Assembly (NCBI GenBank): GCA_905203555.1
Contig: CAJKWK010000003.1
Span: 32,032-96,031 of the forward strand
Direction: 5' to 3'
From: an uncultured Lachnospiraceae bacterium
GTDB taxonomy: Bacteria > Bacillota > Clostridia > Lachnospirales > Lachnospiraceae
DNA: 64,000 nucleotides
Every line of letters starts with the position of its first letter. Position 1 is the first letter of the stretch. Shown here in pieces: positions 20,866-30,500 of this stretch. The notes under the pieces are model-generated. The model was not told the DNA's origin, made no database searches, and saw nothing but the letters and a program-made list of their open reading frames with translations. The position numbers and the translations under genes were made by a program.

Positions 20866-21213
20866 TTATGTATTCAAATCCAAGCTGATTCGAATTGCAT
20901 CACTTACTTTTCCCATCATTCGACTATCCACATGACATACATATTCTCTCAGACGTTTCTTATCAATTGTACGAATCTGCTCTAATAAAATCACCGAATC
21001 TTTTACAATCTGATATTTTTTTGTACTGAGCTCGATATGCGTCGGCAATTTTGCCTTATTCATTCTGGATGTAATTGCCGCACAGATTACAGTTGGACTA
21101 TGCCGATTTCCTACATCATTCTGAATGATCAGCACCGGTCGGATTCCACCCTGTTCAGATCCTACTACCGGACTTAAATCTGCATAATAAATATCCCCAC
21201 GTTTGATTAACAC
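20866..21213 (-). CDS. mazF: type II toxin-antitoxin system endoribonuclease toxin, MazF/EndoA (PemK) family
   Basis: 115 aa with a GTG start (SD GGAGTG). [30 protein letters not shown]...AKLPTHIEL...[17 protein letters not shown] closely resembles Bacillus EndoA. Located directly downstream of alr, as ndoA is. Confidence 0.9.
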   Translation of the reverse strand: MLIKRGDIYYADLSPVVGSEQGGIRPVLIIQNDVGNRHSPTVICAAITSRMNKAKLPTHIELSTKKYQIVKDSVILLEQIRTIDKKRLREYVCHVDSRMMGKVSDAIRISLDLNT

Positions 21214-21350
21214 ATCTATTCACACTCCGCTTATTTTTATTCCCGAATATCGGACATTTTTTGTATCAGACTTTCTCTGTACATTAAACCTGTCTATAGT
21301 ATTGCCCTGTTTATCAGAAGTATGCAAAGTGTTTTGGATTTTACTGTTTT

Positions 21351-22514
21351 CTAAAAACAGTCTTTTTGAATTGTAACTCTCCCATCCCGGGTATATACAC
21401 GTGGAATTCGTTTACTTAAGCAGCAGACAAATTCATAAGGAAACCGTCCGCTTAATTCACTCAATTCTTCCACAGAAATATGTTCCTCACCATCGTCACC
21501 CACTAAAATCACCTGATCCATGAACGCCGCTTTAGGGATATCCGTCACATCGACCATAAACTGATCCATACAAACTCTTCCAAGGATTCTTGCGCGTTTT
21601 CCTCGTATCAGAACATCTGCCTTATTTGAAAGAGAACGTGGATATCCATCCCCATATCCTACCGGGATTGTTGCTACACGCATTTTTTTAGGCGCTACGA
21701 ACGTTCCGCCATAGCTAATCGATGTTCCCGCTTCTACTTCTTTTACAAAAGAAATGTGACTGATCAGTTCCAAAGCCGGTTTCAGATCAATTGCCTGCTG
21801 ATTTACCTCATCAGACGGATACATTCCATACAGAGAAATCCCCGCCCTTGCCAAATCATGTTTCAGATCCGGAAAATCAATAATTCCCGCACTATTATCA
21901 CAGTCCAGATATGGAATCTCGATAGCCTTTTCTAACAACGCCCTCTGCATCCACACAAACTGTTCATGCTGCATTTTTGTATAGGTTTTATCCGTCTCGT
22001 CAGCCTTTGCAAAATGGGTAAACATTCCTTCCAGCACCACATGTTCCAGTTTTGAGATTCGCTCAATACATTCTACACTTTCTTCACTGACCGGAAATCC
22101 TATTCTTCCCATCCCCGTATCCAGTTTGATATGAAGTATTGCATTACCGCCAAGTCTTTCTGCAGCTTCTGACATCCCTTTTGCCATCTCAAATGTATAA
22201 ACAGCTGCCCGTATCTCATATCGTACCATATCTTCATATTGATCCGGGAACACACATCCCAATACAAGAATTGGTTTTTGGATCCCCGCATCCCGGAGCA
22301 CCATTGCCTCATCGAGACTTGCCGTTGCGTACCCCCAGACATACTCTGTGTCTTCAAACATCTGTGCAATTGGTATTGCACCATGGCCATATCCATCTGT
22401 CTTTACAACCGCAATCAGCTGTGTATCTCCCCCAAGACGCTTTTTCATTTGTTCCATATTATATGCAATCGCATCCAGATCAATTTTTGCATATACTCGA
22501 TTATATTGTTTCAT
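21351..22514 (-). CDS. alr: alanine racemase
   Basis: AVVKTDGYGHG (PLP lysine motif) ...VGYGDGYPR...ILGRVCMDQFMVDVT. Confidence 0.93.
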   Translation of the reverse strand: MKQYNRVYAKIDLDAIAYNMEQMKKRLGGDTQLIAVVKTDGYGHGAIPIAQMFEDTEYVWGYATASLDEAMVLRDAGIQKPILVLGCVFPDQYEDMVRYEIRAAVYTFEMAKGMSEAAERLGGNAILHIKLDTGMGRIGFPVSEESVECIERISKLEHVVLEGMFTHFAKADETDKTYTKMQHEQFVWMQRALLEKAIEIPYLDCDNSAGIIDFPDLKHDLARAGISLYGMYPSDEVNQQAIDLKPALELISHISFVKEVEAGTSISYGGTFVAPKKMRVATIPVGYGDGYPRSLSNKADVLIRGKRARILGRVCMDQFMVDVTDIPKAAFMDQVILVGDDGEEHISVEELSELSGRFPYEFVCCLSKRIPRVYTRDGRVTIQKDCF

Positions 22515-24009
22515 ATTCTTCCTCCGCCTCTTTCAAACATAATGCAAGTCCGTCAATCAGATCTTCCGCCAGAATACTGTAACTTCCCAGTTGTTCTTTT
22601 GCCAGATCTCCCCCACAAGCATGCAGATATACTCCTAAAACCGCCGCCTCATAAGAATCCAGATGTCCTGCCAACAGCCCGGTAATAACACCGGCCAGAA
22701 CATCTCCGGAACCTGCCTTTGCCATTCCTTGATTGCCTGCTGTATTAACATAAAATGACCGTTCACGTTCTGCCACAATAGTTCTGGAGTCTTTCAATGC
22801 ACAAACCACCGGATACTGTTCCGTAAAATCACGCAATTTATCCAGACGTTGTTCTTGCAATTCCGAAACCGTACACTTTATTAGTCCGGCCATTTCTTTC
22901 ATATGCGGTGTCAAGACTACAGGCATAGATGCCTTTTCAAGCATCTCACAACATTCTGAAAGCAGATTAATTCCATCTGCATCAATCACACATGGAACCC
23001 GGCAGAACTGCATCGTTGCTTTCAATATTGCTCTGGAGCAATCACTTTGTCCAAGTCCACATCCAATACATACTACGTCCGCCCAGTTCAATAAAGACTC
23101 TAATTCGTTTTCCTCATAGTCGGTATAACTTGAGATAATAGCCTCCGGCAGAAGTTGCTGCAAAATTTCCCGATTTGATTCCGGTGTATAAATCCGAACC
23201 AAACCCGCACCACTCCGATATGCCGCTTTCGCACTCAAAAAAGCTGCGCCTGCCATTCCTTCACTCCCAGTCAGCATCAAAACTTTTCCGTATGTCCCCT
23301 TATGAGAATTTGCCTTTCGCTCCGGCAAAAGACGCGGAATATCTTCCCGTTCCAATGTATAGCAGATTTCTCTCTGTTCCTTCATAAAAGAACAATCAAT
23401 CCCTATATCTACAGGGATCACTTTTCCCGCATATTCTTTTCCCGGAAAAAGTACAGTCCCAAGTTTTTCACACTGAAAAGAAACTGTAAGGTCTGCACGA
23501 AATGCCTTTCCCAATACTTTTCCATCCTCTGCATGGATTCCGGAAGGAATATCAACCGCTATCTTCTTACCCTTCTTTTTATTTAACTGCTCCAATATTT
23601 TTCGATAATGTCCGGCGACTTCTCTGTTTAATCCAACACCAAAGATTGCATCTAATATAACAGTATATTCTTCCTCCGGCATTTCTGTTACAATGGGAAT
23701 CTCCATATTCTTTACAATCTTTGCCTGAATCCTGCATTCTTCACTCATAGAATTTGCATTTCCGGCAAAAAATACGGTTACTTTGTTGCCTTTTTTGCGA
23801 AGTAATCGTGCAATCGCAAAACCATCGCCGCCATTATTCCCGGAACCGCACACGATCAATACAGACGAACAATCCATCTGTTCTGACTCTAATACCTCTA
23901 TTGTTTTACATGCGGCATGCTCCATCAGCACAATCGACGGGATGCCGATTTTCTCAATTGTATATACATCTGCCTTCTGCATCCAGACACCATCGGGTAA
24001 ATATCTCAT
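22501..24009 (-). CDS. nnr: bifunctional NAD(P)H-hydrate epimerase / ADP-dependent NAD(P)H-hydrate dehydratase
   Basis: YjeF-N (VLIVCGSGNNGGDGFAIARLL) plus YjeF-C carbohydrate-kinase domain (HKGTYGKVLMLTGS...AKAGSGDVLAGVITGLLA). The ATG at 24009 has SD AGGAGG; the track start at 24027 lacks one. Confidence 0.88.
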   Translation of the reverse strand: MRYLPDGVWMQKADVYTIEKIGIPSIVLMEHAACKTIEVLESEQMDCSSVLIVCGSGNNGGDGFAIARLLRKKGNKVTVFFAGNANSMSEECRIQAKIVKNMEIPIVTEMPEEEYTVILDAIFGVGLNREVAGHYRKILEQLNKKKGKKIAVDIPSGIHAEDGKVLGKAFRADLTVSFQCEKLGTVLFPGKEYAGKVIPVDIGIDCSFMKEQREICYTLEREDIPRLLPERKANSHKGTYGKVLMLTGSEGMAGAAFLSAKAAYRSGAGLVRIYTPESNREILQQLLPEAIISSYTDYEENELESLLNWADVVCIGCGLGQSDCSRAILKATMQFCRVPCVIDADGINLLSECCEMLEKASMPVVLTPHMKEMAGLIKCTVSELQEQRLDKLRDFTEQYPVVCALKDSRTIVAERERSFYVNTAGNQGMAKAGSGDVLAGVITGLLAGHLDSYEAAVLGVYLHACGGDLAKEQLGSYSILAEDLIDGLALCLKEAEEEYETI

Positions 24010-24027
24010 TCTACGCCTCCTGTTCAC

Positions 24028-24071
24028 AAAATGGAAAACGTGTAAAAAGGAACTCTTCCCCTTTTACACGT
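24028..24071 (-). terminator. intrinsic terminator after rex
   Basis: Minus strand reads ACGTGTAAAAGGggaagagttCCTTTTTACACGT followed by a T-rich tract. Confidence 0.6.
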
Positions 24072-24079
24072 CTATGTAT

Positions 24080-24727
24080 TCACTGCTTTTCGTTTTCCTC
24101 TCCGTAGCGTGTAATATTATACGACAGTCGCATAAGACTGTCAGAAAGATGTACGCTTTCTACAATCTTATCTTCCGGAAGATTTAAATCCGTATGCGCA
24201 AAATTCCAAATTCCTTTGATACTGCTCTTTGCCAGCAAATCGGCCACTTCAATCGCTTTTACTTTTGGAAGTGTCAACGCTGCAATTTCGATATCGTTGT
24301 TTTTTAAAAATTCTTCCAACTCATCAATCATTTGAATCTTGATGCCACGAATAGATGTTCCTTTTAAACTACGGTTTATATCAAATAATCCCTTTAAAAC
24401 AAAACCACTTTTCTCAAAAGACTGATATTTTGCAAGTGCCTGCCCCAGACTGCCGACACCGATAATGATCATATTATGGCTCCTGTCTAATCCCAGTATT
24501 TTGCCAATCTCTGCATGAAGATATTTAACATTATACCCATATCCCTGCTGACCAAAACCGCCAAAATTATTCAGATCCTGACGAATCTGAGATGCGGTAA
24601 CATTCATTTTTTTACTGAGTTCATTCGATGAAATACGTTCTACTCCATTTTCCATCAAATCCCCCAAATATCTATAATACCGCGGCAAACGACTGATTAC
24701 CGCTTTTGATATTGACTTTGCTTCCAC
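24080..24727 (-). CDS. rex: redox-sensing transcriptional repressor Rex
   Basis: ISKAVISRLPRYYRYL...ISSNELSKKMNVTASQIRQDLNNFGGFGQQGYGYNV plus Rossmann IIIGVGSLGQAL. GTG start with SD GGAGGAA. Confidence 0.93.
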   Translation of the reverse strand: MEAKSISKAVISRLPRYYRYLGDLMENGVERISSNELSKKMNVTASQIRQDLNNFGGFGQQGYGYNVKYLHAEIGKILGLDRSHNMIIIGVGSLGQALAKYQSFEKSGFVLKGLFDINRSLKGTSIRGIKIQMIDELEEFLKNNDIEIAALTLPKVKAIEVADLLAKSSIKGIWNFAHTDLNLPEDKIVESVHLSDSLMRLSYNITRYGEENEKQ

Positions 24728-24915
24728 AAATCATTCCTCCAAGTCCATGTTCACTGATATTTATTATATAAAATAACAACAACAAAGTCAAACTTTTGTC
24801 AATGTTTTGAGTACTTTTTCAAGTACAATTTTTTCACTTTTTCTGATAGACTGTTGTTTTTTATGCTTTTTTCGTTATAATTAGAAATGATGTTATTTTA
24901 AAATAGGAGGGTTTT

Positions 24916-26868
24916 ATGATACTCGCATGCCATAATTTATCAAAATCATTCGGAGAACACACCATTGTCCGTAATGGTTCTTTTCACATAGAAGACCGGG
25001 AAAAAGCTGCCCTTGTCGGTGTCAATGGTGCAGGTAAATCTACAATTTTGAAAATGATCATGAACGAAGAACTGCCTGATGACGGCACCATTGTTCTGAC
25101 AAAAGGAAAAACAATTGGTTATCTTGCCCAACAGCAGTCACTCACTGAAGGAGATACCATTTATGAAGAATTAAGAACAGCAAAAGCCGATCTGATAGAA
25201 ATGGAACAGCAGATCCGCTCCATTGAATTGGAATTAAAACATCTTTCCGGAGTGGCTTTAGAACAACGCTTAAATACATACCACCGGCTTATGTCTGAAT
25301 TCGAATCCCGCAATGGATATGCTTATGAAAGCGAAATTGTTGGTGTTCTGAAAGGATTGGGATTCAAAGAAGAGGAATTTGCAAAACAGACCTCTACCCT
25401 TTCCGGCGGACAAAAAACACGTGTTTCCTTAGGTAAACTCCTTTTAACAAAACCGGATATTTTACTACTGGACGAGCCTACAAACCATTTAGATCTAAAT
25501 TCCATCACCTGGTTGGAAACCTATCTTTTAAATTACCCGGGAGCTGTTTTCATCGTTTCTCACGACCGCTTTTTCTTAAACCGCGTTGTAACAAAAGTCG
25601 TTGAGATAGAAAATGCCGCTGTCCGCATGTACACCGGCAACTACAAAGCCTATGCAGATAAAAAGAAACTGATTCGCGATGCTCAGATGAAAGAATATCT
25701 GAATCAACAGCGTGAAATCAAACACCAGGAAGCTGTTATTGAAAAACTTCGGTCCTTTAACCGCGAAAAATCAATCAAGCGGGCAGAAAGCCGCGAAAAA
25801 ATGTTAGATAAAATTCAGGTTCTTGAAAAACCGCAGGAAACCTCTCAGGAAATGCATTTTTCACTGGAGCCTTCCTGTATCAGCGGAAATGATGTTCTAA
25901 AAATCGAACATCTTACAAAATGCTTTGATACTCAATGTTTATTTTCCGATATCAGCTTTGAAATCAAACGTGGAGAACATGTTGCTATCATTGGAGATAA
26001 TGGAACCGGAAAAACAACGCTCTTAAAAATTCTGAATCAAATTGTTGATGCAGATTCCGGTTCTTATGAACTCGGAGCCAAAGTTAAAATCGGATATTAC
26101 GACCAGGAACACCACGTACTGCATGATCAAAAAAGTATTTTTGATGAAATTTCCGATGACTATCCGACTTTAACCAATACAGCAATCCGCAATACATTAG
26201 CAGCATTTCAATTTACCGGAGATAATGTTTTCAAACTCGTAGGCGATCTGAGCGGTGGAGAAAAAGGTCGTGTTTCCCTCGCAAAACTTATGCTTTCCGA
26301 AGCAAATTTCCTGATTCTGGATGAGCCGACCAACCATTTGGACATCCTTTCAAAAGAGATCCTTGAGCAGGCACTGAACGAGTATACCGGAACCGTTTTA
26401 TATGTTTCCCATGACCGTTATTTTATCAACCAAACGGCAACGCGTATTCTGGAGCTTGTCAACCATTCTTTTGTAAATTATATCGGAAATTATGACTATT
26501 ATTTAGAAAAAAAAGAAGAACTTACCCTTGCCTATACAGGTTCTGCAAAATCGCCGACCGGAGGTTTTGTAAATACTCAATCACAAAATTTTGAACCAAC
26601 AGCCTCTGCAGTTACGTCCGATTCAAAAGCCAGCTGGCAAGAACAAAAGGAACAACAGGCAAGAGAACGAAAGCGAAAAAACGAATTAAAAAAGACCGAG
26701 GAACGAATTGCTTCTCTGGAAGAACGCAATCAAGAAATCGATGAGCAAATGACGCTTGAAGAAGTATACACAAATTCTGTGAAATGCCAGGAGCTTGCAA
26801 TCGAAAAAGATCAAAATAATTCTGAATTAGAGCTTTTATACGAAAAATGGGAAGAACTCGCCGAATAA
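24916..26868 (+). CDS. ABC-F family ATPase (two ABC domains, no transmembrane domain, coiled-coil C-terminal tail)
   Basis: Two Walker A motifs (GVNGAGKST, GDNGTGKTT) and two signature motifs (LSGGQKTRVSL, LSGGEKGRVSL). An inter-domain linker and a KE-rich C-terminal tail. SD AGGAGG. Confidence 0.88.
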   Translation: MILACHNLSKSFGEHTIVRNGSFHIEDREKAALVGVNGAGKSTILKMIMNEELPDDGTIVLTKGKTIGYLAQQQSLTEGDTIYEELRTAKADLIEMEQQIRSIELELKHLSGVALEQRLNTYHRLMSEFESRNGYAYESEIVGVLKGLGFKEEEFAKQTSTLSGGQKTRVSLGKLLLTKPDILLLDEPTNHLDLNSITWLETYLLNYPGAVFIVSHDRFFLNRVVTKVVEIENAAVRMYTGNYKAYADKKKLIRDAQMKEYLNQQREIKHQEAVIEKLRSFNREKSIKRAESREKMLDKIQVLEKPQETSQEMHFSLEPSCISGNDVLKIEHLTKCFDTQCLFSDISFEIKRGEHVAIIGDNGTGKTTLLKILNQIVDADSGSYELGAKVKIGYYDQEHHVLHDQKSIFDEISDDYPTLTNTAIRNTLAAFQFTGDNVFKLVGDLSGGEKGRVSLAKLMLSEANFLILDEPTNHLDILSKEILEQALNEYTGTVLYVSHDRYFINQTATRILELVNHSFVNYIGNYDYYLEKKEELTLAYTGSAKSPTGGFVNTQSQNFEPTASAVTSDSKASWQEQKEQQARERKRKNELKKTEERIASLEERNQEIDEQMTLEEVYTNSVKCQELAIEKDQNNSELELLYEKWEELAE

Positions 26869-26889
26869 AAAAACGCACATATAAAAAGC

Positions 26890-26939
26890 AGGACTGCCTT
26901 CCGTTCTACTACAGAGGAAGACAGTCCTATTTTATTTTC
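26890..26939. terminator. bidirectional terminator between the convergent ABC-F and icd genes
   Basis: AGGACTGCCTTCCgttctactacagaGGAAGACAGTCCT with an A run upstream and a T-rich tract downstream. Confidence 0.7.
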
Positions 26940-28136
26940 TTACAGTCGGGTTGCAATTGCTTTGATAAACTCTTCACTATTTAATACTTTTGGATTTTCG
27001 ATTGTAGTGATCAAAGCAAGATCTTTTGTCATTTCTCCGGCTTCAATCGTATCAATTGTAGCCTTCTCCAGCTTATCAGCGAATTCCATCAATTCCTGAT
27101 TGCCATCTAATTCTCCACGTTTACGAAGTGCTCCTGTCCATGCAAAAATAGTTGCCACAGAGTTTGTAGAAGTCTCTTCTCCCTTTAAATGTTTATAATA
27201 ATGACGCTGTACAGTTCCATGGGCAGCTTCGTATTCATAATATCCATCCGGAGATACCAATACAGAAGTCATCATTGCAAGAGAACCGAAAGCAGAAGAC
27301 ACCATATCACTCATAACATCTCCATCATAGTTCTTACAAGCCCAGATATATCCTCCCTCTGACTTCATGACACGTGCTACCGCATCATCGATCAAAGTAT
27401 AGAAATATTCGATTCCTGCCGCCTTGAACTGCTCCGCATATTCAGCATCATAGATTTCCTGGAAAATATCTTTAAATGTATGATCATATTTTTTCGATAT
27501 TGTATCTTTTGTAGCAAACCAAAGATCCTGTTTCGTATCTAATGCATAGTTGAAACAGCTTCTTGCAAAACTTTCAATGGAATTGTTAATATTATGCATT
27601 CCCTGCACGATTCCAGGACCTGCAAAGTTATGTACCAATTCTCTTGTCTCACTTCCATCTTCAGAAGTATAGACCAGCTCAACTTTACCGGCAGCAGGTA
27701 TTTTCATTTCTGATCCTTTATATACATCTCCATAAGCATGTCTTGCAATCGTAATTGGTTTCTTCCAATTCTTCACACATGGCTCAATTCCTTTTACTAC
27801 GATTGGAGCACGAAATACCGTTCCATCCAGAATTGCACGAATCGTTCCATTTGGACTCTTCCACATTTCTTTCAGATCATATTCATCCATACGTGCCGCA
27901 TTTGGAGTAATTGTTGCACATTTTACTGCTACCTTATATTTTTTTGTAGCATTAGCAGAATCAACAGTTACCTGATCATCTGTTTCATTTCTATGTTCCA
28001 GTCCAAGGTCATAATACTCTGTATTCAACTCAATATATGGCTCCAGAAGATTTTCTTTGATCATCTTCCAGAGAATCCTTGTCATTTCATCGCCGTCCAT
28101 CTCCACGAGTGGTGTTGTCATTTTGATTTTTTCCAT
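26940..28136 (-). CDS. icd: NADP-dependent isocitrate dehydrogenase (eukaryote-like subfamily II)
   Basis: [28 protein letters not shown]...TITPNAARM...KSPNGTIR...NYDGDVMSD. The ATG at 28136 has SD GGAGGAG 7 nt upstream; the track start at 28142 is a TTG. Confidence 0.9.
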   Translation of the reverse strand: MEKIKMTTPLVEMDGDEMTRILWKMIKENLLEPYIELNTEYYDLGLEHRNETDDQVTVDSANATKKYKVAVKCATITPNAARMDEYDLKEMWKSPNGTIRAILDGTVFRAPIVVKGIEPCVKNWKKPITIARHAYGDVYKGSEMKIPAAGKVELVYTSEDGSETRELVHNFAGPGIVQGMHNINNSIESFARSCFNYALDTKQDLWFATKDTISKKYDHTFKDIFQEIYDAEYAEQFKAAGIEYFYTLIDDAVARVMKSEGGYIWACKNYDGDVMSDMVSSAFGSLAMMTSVLVSPDGYYEYEAAHGTVQRHYYKHLKGEETSTNSVATIFAWTGALRKRGELDGNQELMEFADKLEKATIDTIEAGEMTKDLALITTIENPKVLNSEEFIKAIATRL

Positions 28137-28201
28137 TGTCAAACTCCTCCTGATTCTAACATACTTATACGATTTTCAAACCGGTCCCCTCATTTCAATT
28201 A

Positions 28202-28867
28202 CTATTTCTGACCAAACCCTTGCTTTTTCAAATTCTGTATCACATGTAAAATATGTTCATTCGCAAGCTGTTCTGCCAAGTCTGCATCCTTATCCCGGAT
28301 AGCACGCAAAATCTGCTTGTGCTCACGAATCGACTTTCGCGCACGCTCCTCTGATACGATCGAAGACTTTCTTGCCATTTGTACATATCTGTGAAAATCA
28401 GTTAATACATGTCCCAAAATCCGACTGTCTGAAGCCTCATATAAAACTGCATGGAATCTGCCATCCAAAATTGCAATCTGCTCTGTATTATTGTGCCCTT
28501 CTTTCTTCATATGGAACTCTGAAAGAAGAACAATCTCTTCTAATTCATCCAACTGCTCTTCTGTAATATGTTCTGTTGCCCAACGGGCACACAATCCTTC
28601 CAACAAAGACCGCACCGTATAAATATCCCGGACATCCTTCGCTGTAATCCCGGTTACATAAGCCCCTTTGTTTGGAACAATTGTAACCAATCCTTCCAGC
28701 TCCAGCTGACGAAGCGCTTCTCTGACAGGAGTTCTGCTGACTCCAAGCTCTTTACCGATCGTATTTTCACGCAGCTCATCCTGCTCTTTATAAACGCCAT
28801 TTAAAATATTATCCCGAATCTTCTGAAAGACCCGGTTGCTTAGCGAATGTTCCTGATACTCTTCCAT
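28202..28867 (-). CDS. GntR-family transcriptional regulator with FCD (FadR C-terminal) domain
   Basis: wHTH RENTIGKELGVSRTPVREALRQLELEGLV followed by an all-helical FCD-length C-terminus. Confidence 0.87.
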   Translation of the reverse strand: MEEYQEHSLSNRVFQKIRDNILNGVYKEQDELRENTIGKELGVSRTPVREALRQLELEGLVTIVPNKGAYVTGITAKDVRDIYTVRSLLEGLCARWATEHITEEQLDELEEIVLLSEFHMKKEGHNNTEQIAILDGRFHAVLYEASDSRILGHVLTDFHRYVQMARKSSIVSEERARKSIREHKQILRAIRDKDADLAEQLANEHILHVIQNLKKQGFGQK

Positions 28868-28886
28868 TCTACTACACAGCCTCCTG

Positions 28887-30275
28887 TTACAATGTTATAT
28901 GCAGCGTCTCACATACACTGTTTATTTTCTCAACTAATTCCTCATCTGTCAAGACTGTAATCCGACCTTCTTCATATTCTTTATCAATCCATGCCTTTAC
29001 TGCTCTGACAAGTTCTGAATTCTTATCCACCTGTTTATCTTTTGGTAATTTGTAATATGTGTTGATCCAATAAGCAATTCCTGCAACTCCTGAAGTATTC
29101 GATATTGCAACCATCGCCGGTCTGTTCAAAAACTTCTCTGTATCAAACACATTGTAGATTTCCTCATTTTTCAACATTCCATCCGCATGGATTCCCGCTC
29201 TTGTTACATTAAAATTTTTTCCTACAAACGGGGTACGTGACGGCACACGATATCCAATCTCTTTTTCATAATATTCTGCCAGTTCTGTAATCACTGTCGT
29301 ATCCATACCATCTAAAGTCCCACGAAGCTGCGCATACTCAAACACCATTGCTTCCAATGGAGTATTTCCTGTTCTCTCTCCGATTCCAAATAAAGAACAG
29401 TTTACGCCACTGGCGCCATAGAGCCAAGCAGTAGTCGAATTGCTGACTGCTTTATAAAAATCATTATGTCCATGAAATTCAATTAATTCACTAGGCACAC
29501 CTGCATGAACCATTATTCCATAAATAATTCCCGGAATTGAACGTGGAATCACTGCTCCCGGATAATTCACACCATATCCCATTGTATCACAAACACGTAT
29601 TTTCACAGGAATCTGGTATTCTTCCATCAATTTCATCAGTTCGACACAAAACGGAATCACAAAACCATAAATATCAGAACGCGTAATGTCTTCCAAATGA
29701 CATCTTGGACGTATTCCTGTTTCCATACACTCTCTTACAATAGAAAGGTAGTGTTCCATTGCTTCCCGTCTGGTCATTTTTAATTTATAAAAAATGTGAT
29801 AATCAGAACAACTTACGAGTATCCCTGTTTCTTTTAATCCAATCTCTTTAACAAGCTCAAAATCCTTCTTACTTGCCCGGATCCAACTTGTTATTTCGGG
29901 AAATTCATAACCTTTTTCCATACATTTATACACTGCATCTCTGTCTTTTTTACTATATAAGAAGAATTCACACTGGCGTATCTTTCCATTTGGTCCTCCC
30001 AGCCTGTGAAAATAATCATAAATAGTTACAATCTGCTCTGTTGTATATGGAGCTCTGGACTGCTGACCATCGCGGAAAGTCGTATCTGTAATCCAGATCT
30101 CATCCGGCATATGATGTGGAACAATACGGTCATTGAAAGCAATTTTCGGAATTTCATCATACCGGAATAAATTGCGGAATGTGTTTGGTGTCTTTACATC
30201 CACAAGCGGATACATATGCTCTTCCAATTCTAATAAATTCGTATGATAGTTAAAAAAAACTTTTCGATTTTCCAT
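28887..30275 (-). CDS. HMGL-like (homocitrate/isopropylmalate synthase family) enzyme; likely Re-face citrate synthase
   Basis: ITDTTFRDGQQS DRE-TIM metallolyase signature and HGHNDFYKAVSNS metal site, with no LeuA regulatory domain. Same operon as icd. Clostridial Re-citrate synthases belong to this family. The function is inferred from context. Confidence 0.6.
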   Translation of the reverse strand: MENRKVFFNYHTNLLELEEHMYPLVDVKTPNTFRNLFRYDEIPKIAFNDRIVPHHMPDEIWITDTTFRDGQQSRAPYTTEQIVTIYDYFHRLGGPNGKIRQCEFFLYSKKDRDAVYKCMEKGYEFPEITSWIRASKKDFELVKEIGLKETGILVSCSDYHIFYKLKMTRREAMEHYLSIVRECMETGIRPRCHLEDITRSDIYGFVIPFCVELMKLMEEYQIPVKIRVCDTMGYGVNYPGAVIPRSIPGIIYGIMVHAGVPSELIEFHGHNDFYKAVSNSTTAWLYGASGVNCSLFGIGERTGNTPLEAMVFEYAQLRGTLDGMDTTVITELAEYYEKEIGYRVPSRTPFVGKNFNVTRAGIHADGMLKNEEIYNVFDTEKFLNRPAMVAISNTSGVAGIAYWINTYYKLPKDKQVDKNSELVRAVKAWIDKEYEEGRITVLTDEELVEKINSVCETLHITL

Positions 30276-30317
30276 GATTGCTTCCTCCTAATAATCACAT
30301 TTATGTATTCTTGAATC

Positions 30318-30345
30318 CTTGTATAATTGTATACAATTATACAAG
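30318..30345. promoter_or_regulatory. 28-bp perfect palindrome; candidate GntR-family operator
   Basis: CTTGTATAATTGTA|TACAATTATACAAG is exactly self-complementary. The centre TTGTATACAA fits the GntR/FadR-type T.GT..AC.A pattern. It overlaps the spacer and -10 box of the predicted promoter. Confidence 0.65.
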
Positions 30346-30354
30346 TTATGTCAA
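30326..30354 (-). promoter_or_regulatory. candidate sigma-A promoter of the Re-citrate-synthase-like / GntR / icd operon
   Basis: Minus strand reads TTGACA (30354-30349), 17-nt spacer, TACAAT (30331-26), about 50 nt upstream of the ATG at 30275. Confidence 0.55.
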
Positions 30355-30409
30355 TACCTTTTTCGTTTTAATGTGTTAAATTAAAAAAGCCTTCTTTTCT
30401 CAGAAAATT

Positions 30410-30459
30410 GAAAAGAATTCTATAACTATCATTGATTTGATAATTACAGAATTCTTTTC
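30410..30459 (-). terminator. long-loop hairpin downstream of the URO-D-family gene (possible terminator)
   Basis: GAAAAGAATTCT (30410-21) and AGAATTCTTTTC (30448-59) form a 12-bp stem with a 26-nt loop. On the minus strand it is followed by AATTTTCT. TTCTTTTC at 30392-99 offers an alternative pairing. Confidence 0.35.
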
Positions 30460-30500
30460 ATCTGGCAAATTGATTCTATCTGTTATTTAATTCGCACTTC

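Noticed and set aside
21237-21284. A 15-codon ORF (MYRESLIQKMSDIRE) in the alr-mazF gap, considered as a mini-antitoxin.
   Set aside because: It has no convincing SD, is far shorter than any known MazE/EndoAI, and shows no RHH or AbrB-like features. It is kept only as a test item under the MazF finding.
24728-24915. Leader peptide or attenuator upstream of the ABC-F gene, which would suggest an antibiotic-resistance ARE type.
   Set aside because: The predicted promoter (TTGTTT-16-TATAAT) leaves only about 35 nt of leader. There is no uORF or terminator/antiterminator structure, so this looks like a housekeeping ABC-F.
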